A DNA stretch of 64,000 nt from positions 1 to 64,000 of the IMG/VR virus record IMGVR_UViG_3300032224_001305; one strand, written 5' to 3'. The DNA is from a virus. This document shows, piece by piece, positions 1 to 10,217 of the stretch. Below the pieces are notes generated by a model, which made no database searches, was not told where the DNA came from, and was given only the letters and a program-made list of their open reading frames with translations. Every line of letters begins with the position of its first letter. The first letter of the stretch is position 1. Made by a program: the position numbers and the translations under genes.

Positions 1-1095
1 CTGGCAGCGGTTGCTACTGCGGCTACCTTGGGGTCTGCCACCAAGTCACTGACGGTCACGATCGACGCCAAGGGGCGCGTGACGTCGATGACGGAGAACA
101 CAATCACCGCGACCGACTCGACCAAGCTGCCGCTTGCCGGCGGCACGATGACCGGCACCTTGGTGCTGCGGACAGGGTCTGCGACAGCGGGCACGTCGCC
201 GGTCAAATTCGTTAGCGGGTCGCTGCTGACGGCACCCGAGGCCGGCGCGGTTGAATTCTTGACCGACGACTTGCTGCTCACGATCTCCACCGGCACCGCA
301 CGCAAGCGGCTTGCAATCTGTGACGCCACCCTGACCTCCGGGCGCATTCCTTTCAGCACGACCAATGGACGCCTTCTCGACAGCGCGAACCTTACATACA
401 CAGATTCTACTGCTGTCCTGACCATGACGCTGTCCTCGAACGCGTTGATTGGTCCTGTTGTCAGCAACCAGAACGCAGGCTCCTCGGCGGTTGCCGGGTT
501 CAAGTGCAGCACCGCCGTCAGTAATGTGATTTTCGGAGCGGGCTCTAGCGCCAGTACATACGCTGGTGGTGCTCATATCTACACGGCAGACGCTGTATCT
601 ATTTCGTTCTGGAACCTCGGCACTCGGCGTATGACCATCAACAGCTCGGGTCTGGTGGGTATCGGCGTAACCAACGCTACCGCATCCCTGCACCTGGTGG
701 CCGGAACGGCTTCCGCAAATACAGCACCTATCAAGATCAACTCCGGTACCGTTATGGCTACACCTGAAGACGGGTGCATTGAGTACAACGGCACGAAATG
801 GTACACGACCATTTCAACAGACCGTCAAGAGCTGCTGCGCGGCGCGACTTACTCCCAGTCGTTGACCCCAACCGCGGTTTCTGCCAATAGTGAGTCCGTC
901 CAGACGTTCACAGTTACGGGGCTAATTGTGCCTTATGCCGTATCACTGTCGCCGCCCGCAAGCATGTCCGGTCTGGGCATCATGTGGGCGCGCGTATCGG
1001 CGTCGAATACACTCGAAGTCGGGTTCCGTAACTTTACCGCCGGTTCGCTGACTCCGCCGTCTGGAACCTGGCGCATCATGGCTGCCCGCAACTAA
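1..1095 (+). CDS. Tail fibre/receptor-binding protein, C-terminal part (5' truncated by window edge)
   Basis: Frame is open from base 1. Thr/Ser/Gly-rich with fibre motifs (LPLAGGTMTG, RMTINSSGLVGIG) and an internal repeat (GSATAGTSPVKF / GTASANTAPIKI). Confidence 0.75.
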   Translation: MAAVATAATLGSATKSLTVTIDAKGRVTSMTENTITATDSTKLPLAGGTMTGTLVLRTGSATAGTSPVKFVSGSLLTAPEAGAVEFLTDDLLLTISTGTARKRLAICDATLTSGRIPFSTTNGRLLDSANLTYTDSTAVLTMTLSSNALIGPVVSNQNAGSSAVAGFKCSTAVSNVIFGAGSSASTYAGGAHIYTADAVSISFWNLGTRRMTINSSGLVGIGVTNATASLHLVAGTASANTAPIKINSGTVMATPEDGCIEYNGTKWYTTISTDRQELLRGATYSQSLTPTAVSANSESVQTFTVTGLIVPYAVSLSPPASMSGLGIMWARVSASNTLEVGFRNFTAGSLTPPSGTWRIMAARN

Positions 1096-1108
1096 GAGGA
1101 CATGACTG

Positions 1109-1288
1109 CTAGGTCACTGAAGGGTCGGGGGTAGCATCTGCAAGCTCACCATACAGGGCGATTCGACCGACCAGTGCGGGCTGTTCCGTAGTTCCGCCCG
1201 CCATATAGGTCGTGTTGAAGGTCACATCTTTCAAGGGAATAGTCTTGGTCGTGCCGTCCGGCAGTTTAAGTATTAGCTCTGCTTCCAT
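1109..1288 (-). CDS. Small hypothetical protein, 59 aa (MEAELILKLPDG...), absent from ORF track
   Basis: ATG at 1288 preceded by AGGAG; open to TAG at 1109; fills the intergenic gap. Confidence 0.55.
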   Translation of the reverse strand: MEAELILKLPDGTTKTIPLKDVTFNTTYMAGGTTEQPALVGRIALYGELADATPDPSVT

Positions 1289-1444
1289 TGTGTCTCCTGT
1301 GAAATATGCAAACCGTCAATAGACGCTGAGACTACAGTATACTAACTAATGCCGCGTGTAAGCATCGTCAGACTAAAATGTAGGCAGGCAGACAACTACC
1401 GTTATCGCTCGTAATAAGTTACGCTATTTCCAACGAGGTGTGTT

Positions 1445-3418
1445 ATGGCAGTAGTAAGAAAGGTCGATCGCCCAAAATTCGATAAGATTGCAGCTGTTCG
1501 TGGTACTTTGGGCGACGACCCAAACAACTACCCGACAGAACTTCTCGCCGCTCTTATGCACCAACACCAATTTCTTAGCGAGTACTCTGTAAACGTACAG
1601 ATACATAAGCAAGATGACGTTGCTGGTTATATGTACGGTGTCTTTGTAGCTCGGCCGATGACAGCGGTTCCTAATCCAGACACACCCACAATCAGAATAC
1701 CAATTATTGTTTCAGGCCGTCGCGTATTCCCATTTGATGTGTTTATCACGTCAGATGGTAGATTTCAGCCGTTAACACAGGGCAGAGTAGCCGCCTCTTT
1801 ATTTAGCGCTAGCAATGTAAGCGCAGTAGCCAAGAGCTCGCTCCCAGCACAGGCACAAATAGGCGTTGGCGGTGGATTCCCTATCGCTGGTGAGGACATG
1901 TTCCTCAACCCGCGTTACGGTCAATCCAAGACAGCGAGCGCGTCCATACTGGAGGCCGTAGTTCCCACTGTATCCTCAGAGAAAGTAGCCGCCTTCTTGG
2001 CGGGTATACAGAACTCTCCAGAGCTGATGTACTCAGTAAAAGAGAGCACGAACTTTGCCAACTCCCTGCGGAAAATAGCTTCGGCTGAGCCTGTACAATA
2101 TGTAGAAGACCCTGCGGAGCTAAACGTTTCGGCGTGCTTGGTTACTAAAAACAGCGACGGTTTCTATTTAGACCGTATGCTTGAGAACGAAGAAGGTATT
2201 GCCGTAGCACAGGACAGAGTGAAGCTAGCCCGTGCAGATGTAGAGTTGCTACCCCTAGCGATACGCCAAGAAGCGCTGGTTAACGGTGTCGCATACCTGT
2301 CCGATTCCACATCTCCGCTAGAGCAGGTATCCACAGACACTGGTGCCTTGAACAAGGTAGCTACAGCTTCTGGCTCCGGTGTATACGCGGCAATGACCAA
2401 GACAGCCAAAGCCGAAAGAGTCGTTGTTTTAGATAACGTGCATACTCTAGGCGGAAAGCGTACAGATGCTGTTCTTGTGGTCGGCGCAGCAGGAACTTCT
2501 CTGCAAGAGAAGATAGCCGGAATAAGATGCGGCAATATCGATACATCAGTTCTCTCAGGTAGAGAACCTCACGGTCGCGGCGTTTTTATTATCGGTGATA
2601 TCGTAACTGAGCCGCTAACAGTAAGAGCTACTCTTCTCAACGCGGATGGAAACGTACACCAGGCTGATACAGACCTAGGTCAGCGCTACCTGCTGAAAGA
2701 AGCAGCAGTCAGCAAGCTTGCTTCTTACGGCAGCAACAAGATGCTGATCCCGTCTTCAGCCAAGTTCATTCCGATAACACAAGGCGATTCATACATAAGC
2801 GACAAGGATAAGCTGAAGTTTGCTAGTGCGCTTAAGGAACTCGCTGGAGCGTACACAGTTAAGTCCAATGCTCGTGGTGGTGTAGACGTTCTAAATGAAG
2901 AGGATACACTAGTCCATACAACGAGCGATGCTCCGTCTACTGGTCTTCTGTTCTTGGCGCTGGGCGATACTGCTCAGGGTGCTAAGGAGAAGGTCGCTAA
3001 GATGTGTGGTTCTTCTTCGTACTCGACTATGCGCGTAGTACCTAAGAAGAAGGTTAACACCCTAGCGAAGAAGAAGCCTGTAGAAAAGAAGGCGTCAGCT
3101 CTCATAGACATAACAGGTATACGCGCCTCCTTGGTTAAGGAGGCAGCCGTGTTAGCCGCCCCCGACACCATAGACGCGGTATTGTCGCTAGAGTTTGTCA
3201 CTCCGGAGAATATAAACACTTACATAGAGTTTATACCTACTCTGGAAGACGCACTCGCCAAGCTGTCCGAGACGCTGGTTGGAGCACGCATAGGCGTACC
3301 AGACATACCGGAAAACGCACTAACATCATCAGTGACAAGCCTGGACCGAGCTATACAGGGCTTGAAAAAGTTACAAATACGCCTAAGCTTGCCTACAGAT
3401 GAACAGACGTTCACCTGA
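1445..3418 (+). CDS. Putative head-associated/prohead core protein with many K-x-A motifs
   Basis: 657 aa, GAGGTG RBS; repeated KTAS, KVAA, KIAS, KEAA, KLAS, KKAS motifs shared with scaffold-like proteins. Confidence 0.5.
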   Translation: MAVVRKVDRPKFDKIAAVRGTLGDDPNNYPTELLAALMHQHQFLSEYSVNVQIHKQDDVAGYMYGVFVARPMTAVPNPDTPTIRIPIIVSGRRVFPFDVFITSDGRFQPLTQGRVAASLFSASNVSAVAKSSLPAQAQIGVGGGFPIAGEDMFLNPRYGQSKTASASILEAVVPTVSSEKVAAFLAGIQNSPELMYSVKESTNFANSLRKIASAEPVQYVEDPAELNVSACLVTKNSDGFYLDRMLENEEGIAVAQDRVKLARADVELLPLAIRQEALVNGVAYLSDSTSPLEQVSTDTGALNKVATASGSGVYAAMTKTAKAERVVVLDNVHTLGGKRTDAVLVVGAAGTSLQEKIAGIRCGNIDTSVLSGREPHGRGVFIIGDIVTEPLTVRATLLNADGNVHQADTDLGQRYLLKEAAVSKLASYGSNKMLIPSSAKFIPITQGDSYISDKDKLKFASALKELAGAYTVKSNARGGVDVLNEEDTLVHTTSDAPSTGLLFLALGDTAQGAKEKVAKMCGSSSYSTMRVVPKKKVNTLAKKKPVEKKASALIDITGIRASLVKEAAVLAAPDTIDAVLSLEFVTPENINTYIEFIPTLEDALAKLSETLVGARIGVPDIPENALTSSVTSLDRAIQGLKKLQIRLSLPTDEQTFT

Positions 3419-3424
3419 TGGACC

Positions 3425-4210
3425 ATGCGCCTCCCATACGAATATTGGCTAAAATATCTTCTCGTATCTGCGCAGGCCACTACTGAGCAGATCGGAGAGT
3501 TATGTGAGCTCCACCAACTGCCCGTACCAGAAGATGAATATCTTACTAGGTTACGTGCTGAGCTAGGTGGAAGACGTCACATTACCGATATCCCTACACT
3601 ACGTAGACTGAAGATAAAAGGGTTGGCTGTATCTGATCCAGATGCAGTTGCTGCGCGTGAGTTGTTGTCTGAATATAGACTTCGACCCGCGCTGGAACTT
3701 TTAATCATAAGCGGTATGACGGACGCAGATATTGCGCATTATCTAGAAGTAATACTTAAGCGCATTGTCCCAGAAGCAGTCATCGGTATGTACCGGCATT
3801 ACTTTTGGAATGTAAACTTACTTTCTAATTACGACTGGGAAATATATTTTCTAGACAGTAAGGATAGCCAACACGGTAAGAAGCTAAAGCAGGGTCTTCT
3901 TAGAGGAGAAGAATTTGCCCTATGGAAGTTAGGTTACATAAAAGAAACTGAGCAGCGAGGAATAATCTCCAATATGCTCTATGAATCGGCCATGCGGTTT
4001 AGAGAACTTAGTTCATATGGCAATGGTCAAGAGACCGCACTGGCTGCTAAGATGTGGGCCGAGACAGTATTTAAGTCTGCAGAGTTCTTATCTCGCGACG
4101 AGGACGCAATCAAGTCCACCGTTGAGGATCTAAACGCATTTGCCCTTAAACTAGGACGTCGCGAAATCTCATCAGTTGCTTCATTAAATAACAAGCTCAC
4201 TAAGGAGTAG
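3425..4210 (+). CDS. Hypothetical protein (helical)
   Basis: 261-aa ORF tightly packed between neighbours; no recognised motif. Confidence 0.7.
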   Translation: MRLPYEYWLKYLLVSAQATTEQIGELCELHQLPVPEDEYLTRLRAELGGRRHITDIPTLRRLKIKGLAVSDPDAVAARELLSEYRLRPALELLIISGMTDADIAHYLEVILKRIVPEAVIGMYRHYFWNVNLLSNYDWEIYFLDSKDSQHGKKLKQGLLRGEEFALWKLGYIKETEQRGIISNMLYESAMRFRELSSYGNGQETALAAKMWAETVFKSAEFLSRDEDAIKSTVEDLNAFALKLGRREISSVASLNNKLTKE

Positions 4211-4214
4211 TGTA

Positions 4215-4553
4215 GTGTTTAACGCAATAGACTTATCCAAACTAGAGTTCCCCGAGCTAGTATCTTCCAACACCAAGAATGATGAACTACGTTTTGATTA
4301 CGTCATTAGATCAGACAAGGTATGTATCCACGTTTGGCCAAATAACAAAGATAAAGTATTCCCCAGTAATACACCGTCGGCTCTTAAGGCAGGATTAGTC
4401 AGCATGGCTGGGTATATTTCTATCATTGAATACGTACCAGAGGTCGATTCCTGGTATGTAGAACTGACCAATCTACCTGTGAAACCTACAGATGCTATGC
4501 TAGAATCGTTGCTTACTAAGATCTTAGCAGCGCAGGTAGGAAATGGCGGGTAA
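4215..4553 (+). CDS. Hypothetical protein
   Basis: 112-aa ORF, AAGGAG upstream, overlaps next start. Confidence 0.65.
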   Translation: MFNAIDLSKLEFPELVSSNTKNDELRFDYVIRSDKVCIHVWPNNKDKVFPSNTPSALKAGLVSMAGYISIIEYVPEVDSWYVELTNLPVKPTDAMLESLLTKILAAQVGNGG

Positions 4554-6417
4554 CAAGAAGAAAGATCTCGGTTATTTACCAGCAGTTGCCGCGGCAGCTC
4601 CCGTATTTGGGCTAAAAGCGGTAGTCGGAGATCTTCCTAAAGGTGCCCTAGAGTATGCTGTAGAAAACAAAGCTCTAGGCGGTAATAGAGCCTTTGGTAC
4701 GTATTTGCGCCAGGGGTTTAAGGGTAGAGGGGCTGGACGCGCTCTTGGGGCAGGACTTGGAATACTTAGTGCTCCTTTCTTTGTGAAAGGTACTCGCCTA
4801 CTTGAATCGAAGAACAAAGACGATAAGAGAAGAGGCCTTGCCTTAGTCGCAGGATCTACTGCCGGTTTGGCGGCTGCCAAGGGTTTCTTGGAGGCCGGTG
4901 TAGAAGGTATATCCTCTGGTATGAATCCTATAGCCGCGGCCACGTCTGGTGGCATGCGCGCTGGTATTCGCGCCGGGTATAAAATACCTCTAGCTCTTGC
5001 CACCACTTTTGGTGTGGCCGCTGGTAGAAGCAAGTCAGATAGTAGCCCAGCTATGAAATATCTAGCCCCTGTGGCTGCTGGTGCTGGTGTAGGCGCTATA
5101 AGCCGCTCAATAGAGGAGGCGGCACAAATAGCTGCTAAGGGAAAAGGACTTCGTCTGACTCCAGCCAATCTGCGTAAAATAACTGCGGCAGGTTTAGGTG
5201 GTGCTGCTGGCGGTGTCCTAGGAGGCTTAGTTCTAGCCAAGGCGGTAGACGTTCTTTCTCCAAAAGAGAAAAAAGCAGCCGTTCCGGTTGGAGCAGCCCT
5301 AGACGCGCTACTAAGTATGGGCGGATCGGCCGCAGCGCACGCGGGTAAAGAAATAGGTTTAGGATACGCAGGGCCTGGTCTCCTACAACATACCGTTACT
5401 GGCGCAGGCTATGGCTACAAAGCACAGTCAGGATTTCTGAAGAAGCTCCTAGGGGAAAAAGCTGTAGCTTCGCTGCAGAAGTCAACAAACCGTGCTCGCT
5501 CCAGACAAGTAGGTCTAGGTATTCAGGAGGGTCTGTACGGCTACGGTACAGCCCCTATGGGAGCTAAGTTTCTATCCAACTTTGGCGTTGGTATAGGCGG
5601 AGTATCTCCAGAGTCTATGGCCTACAGAGAACTAGGCATAAAGCTTGGACGATCTTTAAGAGAGAAAGCCCCTGGTGAGAGAGAAGCATTTCTAAAGAAA
5701 ATGCAGAAGTTCATCATAGATAGACCGGATACCTTAAAAGGAGCGGAGGGAGAGCTTAACCCACTCACCGCCCCTTTATTAGGCGGAATATCTATGGCAG
5801 TAGGTGAGCGCCCTTTTTACGTTAAGGGTGGCAAGCTAAAGGAAGTAGGTAAGTGGGCTCTACATGGTGGTCACCCATATTCTGAAAAGGGATTACCCAC
5901 CGCACTAGGCGCACTTGAAAAAGAGCCCGGATGGCTGAAGCAGAACTATCCTCATCTAATGGCTATGACTGGTCTAGCCGCCAGTGGCCCAGGTGTCCTA
6001 GGGACCGCGGCTGGTATGGCCGGTGGTCACGGAGCGCTTAGCGGCATAAAGAACATGGTGACTACCCTTCCCTTTGTTAAGGAGAAGATAGTTAAGTCCA
6101 CGCACCAAGGGATACGGTACGGAGTATTTCCAGGCAAAGCTTTCAAGCCTACGCTTGGAATGGAAATAGGCTTATCGCCCGCCACTACTATGATGGAGCG
6201 TAGTCTTAAACCATTGGTTACGGCAATAAGAGATGAGGAAATAGCACGTGGTGTTGGAGCGATAAAGCGTACAATAGCTTCTGGTAAAGACACTAGTCGC
6301 GCCAAGCGTATTATAAAAGATACGCCAAAAGCGCTTCTTCTACCACTAGGCGCTGGTGCTGGTGTCGGTCTCGCGGGCAACGCTATACTATCAAGAAAGA
6401 AACAAGGAGAACCGTGA
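4543..6417 (+). CDS. Gly/Ala-rich protein with glycine-zipper hydrophobic helices; candidate inner-head/ejection protein
   Basis: Multiple GxxxG-type segments (AAGLGGAAGGVLGGLV), basic linkers, EKKAA motif. Confidence 0.5.
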   Translation: MAGNKKKDLGYLPAVAAAAPVFGLKAVVGDLPKGALEYAVENKALGGNRAFGTYLRQGFKGRGAGRALGAGLGILSAPFFVKGTRLLESKNKDDKRRGLALVAGSTAGLAAAKGFLEAGVEGISSGMNPIAAATSGGMRAGIRAGYKIPLALATTFGVAAGRSKSDSSPAMKYLAPVAAGAGVGAISRSIEEAAQIAAKGKGLRLTPANLRKITAAGLGGAAGGVLGGLVLAKAVDVLSPKEKKAAVPVGAALDALLSMGGSAAAHAGKEIGLGYAGPGLLQHTVTGAGYGYKAQSGFLKKLLGEKAVASLQKSTNRARSRQVGLGIQEGLYGYGTAPMGAKFLSNFGVGIGGVSPESMAYRELGIKLGRSLREKAPGEREAFLKKMQKFIIDRPDTLKGAEGELNPLTAPLLGGISMAVGERPFYVKGGKLKEVGKWALHGGHPYSEKGLPTALGALEKEPGWLKQNYPHLMAMTGLAASGPGVLGTAAGMAGGHGALSGIKNMVTTLPFVKEKIVKSTHQGIRYGVFPGKAFKPTLGMEIGLSPATTMMERSLKPLVTAIRDEEIARGVGAIKRTIASGKDTSRAKRIIKDTPKALLLPLGAGAGVGLAGNAILSRKKQGEP

Positions 6418-8135
6418 CTGGGTTCTACGACCTTCTTTTAAAGACCGCTGCTGAACAGCAGGCACCCCAGGCCGCACCAAAAAGTGGCTCTGGTGTTCCT
6501 ACTATGATACCCGAGTTCACGCCTAAGCCGCACCAAGTAGAAGCGGTCAAGCGCCTGGAGGAGAACAACGGTAAGATGATAATGGTTCATGCCATGGGTA
6601 CTGGTAAAACGCTCACCAGTATCTACGGTTTTGAGAAGATGCGGGACGAAGGCAAGGCCAAGAAGGCTGTTGTAATCACTCCAGCTGGCTTACGTAATAA
6701 CTTCTTTGACAGCATTACTAAGTTTACGACCAGTAAAGCCAATATAGCCAACCAGCCAAATAAGATAGACCCTAACGCACAGTACAACGTCGTTAGCTAC
6801 GAGACTTTTAGACAAGATCCCGTAGGGATAATGGAACGCGCTGGCGCTGACACTATGATCGTTGACGAGTATCACCGCGTTAGAAATGCTGAAGCGTCCA
6901 CGCATCAAGCTCTTGTTGCTGGTAGACAGAAAGCTAAGAACTTTATAGGTCTTACTGCGTCTTTCATAAACAATAAGCCATCAGAGATAGCGCCTTTATT
7001 AGCACTATCTGAGAATAACCCTAATCTTACGTCGCAAGAGTTCAACACCAAGTTCGTTAGAACTATTGGTGCCATAAAGTCGTTCACAGGGTCTACTAAG
7101 AAACAGGTAGGTCTAAAGAACGCCCCAGCGTTCGTCAAAGCTGTTTATCCAAAAGTAGACTTCGTAGCCACTGAAGATGTGTCCGGTAATGACATGCCAA
7201 AGAAACAGGTGAAAGAAGTACCTGTTCCCATGTCTGAAGAGCAGTACAAGTTATATGAATTAGCGCTTAATAAACTTGGGCCAATTTCAGAATACATAGA
7301 AAGACGAGACCCTAATATCTCGGTTAGAGACACTGAGCGCATATTTACTCAGATAGGGCAGGCTAGACAAATAGCCAACTCTGTTGGAATGGGTCGCAAA
7401 GACATAACGCCAGAACAAGCCGCTGAGAAGACGCCTAAGGTTAGACGCATAATAGAAGATACGGTAAAGCACTTGGCCGAAAAGCCGGATAACAACGTAG
7501 TGCTATATACCAATCTTGTTAATGGCGGTGTTGATGTTCTAGACGCCGGACTGCGTAAGGCTGGAATAGACCACGCGCTGTTTATAGGTAAGGGTACAGA
7601 AGTCAACGGCACCAACGTCACAGAAACTTCTAGACAGCAGGGCGTGAACGAGTTTAAGGAAGGTAAGAAGCGCGTCATAGTCATTTCTGGTGCAGGCGCA
7701 GAAGGACTAGATCTAAAGAATGCAACCGCCTTCTACGCACTAGACGGACACTTCAATCCAGAGCGCATCTTGCAAGCAGAAGCTCGTGCACGTCGCCTAG
7801 GCGGTCAAGCGCACAGACCTCCTGAGCAGCGCGTCGTAGACGTACGTCGCTATAAGTCAGTAGCGCCTGCTAGTGAGCAGCCATCTTTATTTCGTAGAAT
7901 ACTTGGCGCAGAGAAACCACGTACAACCGATGAGTGGATGTATGACGTAGCTGCCGAGAAGTATAAGACTAACAAGCAGTATTATTCGGCACTGAAAGAA
8001 CCGCACAAGTACGTAAGAAAGGAGATTGCTCCTACTGGAAAAGTGCGGTACTTATATCCCGAAGAAGTTCCTCAGCAGGGGTTCTTTGCACGTATGATCT
8101 CCCCGTCTCCATATAAATATGAGACTCCTAAGTAG
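6414..8135 (+). CDS. SF2 (SNF2-like) helicase/translocase
   Basis: Motif I MGTGKT, II DEYH, III LTAS, V GAEGLDL, VI QAEARARRLG. Confidence 0.9.
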   Translation: MTGFYDLLLKTAAEQQAPQAAPKSGSGVPTMIPEFTPKPHQVEAVKRLEENNGKMIMVHAMGTGKTLTSIYGFEKMRDEGKAKKAVVITPAGLRNNFFDSITKFTTSKANIANQPNKIDPNAQYNVVSYETFRQDPVGIMERAGADTMIVDEYHRVRNAEASTHQALVAGRQKAKNFIGLTASFINNKPSEIAPLLALSENNPNLTSQEFNTKFVRTIGAIKSFTGSTKKQVGLKNAPAFVKAVYPKVDFVATEDVSGNDMPKKQVKEVPVPMSEEQYKLYELALNKLGPISEYIERRDPNISVRDTERIFTQIGQARQIANSVGMGRKDITPEQAAEKTPKVRRIIEDTVKHLAEKPDNNVVLYTNLVNGGVDVLDAGLRKAGIDHALFIGKGTEVNGTNVTETSRQQGVNEFKEGKKRVIVISGAGAEGLDLKNATAFYALDGHFNPERILQAEARARRLGGQAHRPPEQRVVDVRRYKSVAPASEQPSLFRRILGAEKPRTTDEWMYDVAAEKYKTNKQYYSALKEPHKYVRKEIAPTGKVRYLYPEEVPQQGFFARMISPSPYKYETPK

Positions 8136-8140
8136 GGCTA

Positions 8141-8401
8141 ATGCCTGAACTAAAAGATCGAGATAGAAACCTTGAATTGAGCCGCGATTCGTCTAGGTCG
8201 TGCTCACAATGCTATTTCTTCTACCTACTACAAATGAGATGGCCGGCGGATGACGGCAAGTGCAGTCAGTTCGATGACTTTGTACGCGCCGATTTTATTT
8301 GTGACAAATTTATTTCCGCTTACTCTTCACACGAACCAGATGTTCTTTCATCTGGCCATACACCGGACCTAGCCCGGGACGAAGGGAAAGAAATAATTTG
8401 A
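8141..8401 (+). CDS. Small four-Cys protein with HiPIP-like spacing
   Basis: CSQCYFF...GKCSQF...V...FICDKF. Confidence 0.4.
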   Translation: MPELKDRDRNLELSRDSSRSCSQCYFFYLLQMRWPADDGKCSQFDDFVRADFICDKFISAYSSHEPDVLSSGHTPDLARDEGKEII

Positions 8402-8535
8402 TGTTCTCATAGGTAGTTTTATTTACTCCTGGATCTAAGTAAAGTACAAGCTCATCTTGCTCTACAGAGTATCTCTGTAGATCAGCGCCTATAGCGCGCG
8501 ACAGGGTTGCGATAACTTCCTCTTGCCAGGACTCC

Positions 8536-10164
8536 ATGCCCTCACCCATAGACTTATTCCCCTCTGAGTACACCAACTACGCGTTTAGAATGCCCAACCA
8601 CGAAGGCATACTATCCAATTTTGATTTTACCGGAAGAGAATACTTAATTCCTATTTACGATACTCCCGCCAAAAATCTTCTTTTAAAGTTTGGACGTCAG
8701 TGCGAGAAGAGCACTACTCTCGGTAACAAGCTGATTTCGTATTCAGTACTTCGACCTTTTATTAGGTCATTGTATGTAACTCCATCGGAACAACAGACCA
8801 CGGTTTTCTCTAGCGAGCGTATCGCCACTCCTATAGAGATGTCGCCTGTTCTACAGAACTACATGCGTAATACTGGTAAGAAGCGCGTAGTCGATAATGT
8901 GCTTCTAAAGGTATTTAACACAGGTAGTCGCATAACGTTTCGATACGCACACTATGACGCAGATAGCTCACGCGGTATTTCCGCCGACAAGTTAGTTGTA
9001 GACGAGATACAGGACATCCTGCTCGACGTTCTACCAGTTCTTGAGGAGTGTATTTCTCACGGTACGCTGAAAACCAAAGAATACGCAGGCACCCCCAAAA
9101 CCTTTGATAATCCCATAGAGCATTACTGGGCACAGTTCTCTACACAGTATGAGTGGGTAATACCCTGCGATAGTTGTGGAGGCGGGGACTATAGGCACTG
9201 GAATATAATTGTCTATGACTCAGTGCAGCGCAAAGGTCTTAGCTGTACTAGATGCGGTAAAGTCATAAACCCTCGTCATCCAGACGCTGGGTGGGCTTCT
9301 ATGCGAGATGAGAACTGGCTACGTAATCCTCCGAACGGAATAATACCGTATGAAGGCTACAGGATTGCCCAACCAATGGTCTCATGGCTTTCTTGGGAGG
9401 AAGTCTACGACAAGAAAATTAAATATCCCATGTCCAAATTTCATAACGAGGTGTTGGGACTTAGCTATGACGCCGGAGAAAAATTAGTAAATAAGCAAGC
9501 GCTGATTGATAGTTCTGACAGTAGTATTGATGAGAACACCATTAAGAACGCCGTAGGTAGGACGCCTCTGTTCATGGGCGTAGACTGGGGCGGAGGTTCT
9601 GAGACCAGCAGCTTTACGGCAATAAGCATAATAGGTTACGCCGGTGAGAAGGTCATGGTCTTCTACATGAAGAGGCTAACGGGTATGGAGGCCGAACCTG
9701 CAAATGTTGTTAATACAATATGCTCACTCATAGATAAATACAAAGTGCATCTAGTAGGTTGTGACTATGGTGGCGGATTAGACAGAAATGATACTCTTAT
9801 ACGAAGATACGGACTACAAAAGATTCTCCGGTATCAATATGTAAATACTAAGAAAATATACTTTGACAGTTCTTTGATGCGATGGATGGCCAACAGAACA
9901 GAGGTTTTGATGGCACTAGTAAATGCCATAAACAGAACCAATGTATTTTCTTTTCCAAGATGGGAACTATGGGAGCACACAGCAGCTCCTGATATCCTTA
10001 GCCTACTTCTTGAAAGAAGCGAGAAGACGGGCTCCAGTACAATAATTAGAACTCCCGGACAACCAGATGATATAGCGCACTCCCTTTTGTATGCTTTTTT
10101 AGCGAGTATGGTCGTGTACCCGAGGCCAGATATTTTGACTCCAGATAAGGAGCCATCGCGCTAA
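8536..10164 (+). CDS. terL: Terminase large subunit (lambda GpA-like)
   Basis: Walker A GRQCEKST, Walker B VVDEIQD, coupling motif GTP, CxxC...CxxC, RNase H-like GVDWG and PDD. Confidence 0.9.
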   Translation: MPSPIDLFPSEYTNYAFRMPNHEGILSNFDFTGREYLIPIYDTPAKNLLLKFGRQCEKSTTLGNKLISYSVLRPFIRSLYVTPSEQQTTVFSSERIATPIEMSPVLQNYMRNTGKKRVVDNVLLKVFNTGSRITFRYAHYDADSSRGISADKLVVDEIQDILLDVLPVLEECISHGTLKTKEYAGTPKTFDNPIEHYWAQFSTQYEWVIPCDSCGGGDYRHWNIIVYDSVQRKGLSCTRCGKVINPRHPDAGWASMRDENWLRNPPNGIIPYEGYRIAQPMVSWLSWEEVYDKKIKYPMSKFHNEVLGLSYDAGEKLVNKQALIDSSDSSIDENTIKNAVGRTPLFMGVDWGGGSETSSFTAISIIGYAGEKVMVFYMKRLTGMEAEPANVVNTICSLIDKYKVHLVGCDYGGGLDRNDTLIRRYGLQKILRYQYVNTKKIYFDSSLMRWMANRTEVLMALVNAINRTNVFSFPRWELWEHTAAPDILSLLLERSEKTGSSTIIRTPGQPDDIAHSLLYAFLASMVVYPRPDILTPDKEPSR

Positions 10165-10217
10165 GGGCTATCGTAGACGTACATAACTGGTAGTATGTTA
10201 TTTACTCGGAGGCTGTA

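Noticed and set aside
1445-3418. Portal protein assignment
   Set aside because: Size fits, but there are no recognisable portal features and many putative cleavage motifs. No portal could be identified in this window.
4572-5240. Long antisense ORFs opposite Gly/Ala-rich genes (also 46-693, 31192-31785, 63000-63482)
   Set aside because: Shadow frames produced by biased codon usage on the coding strand.
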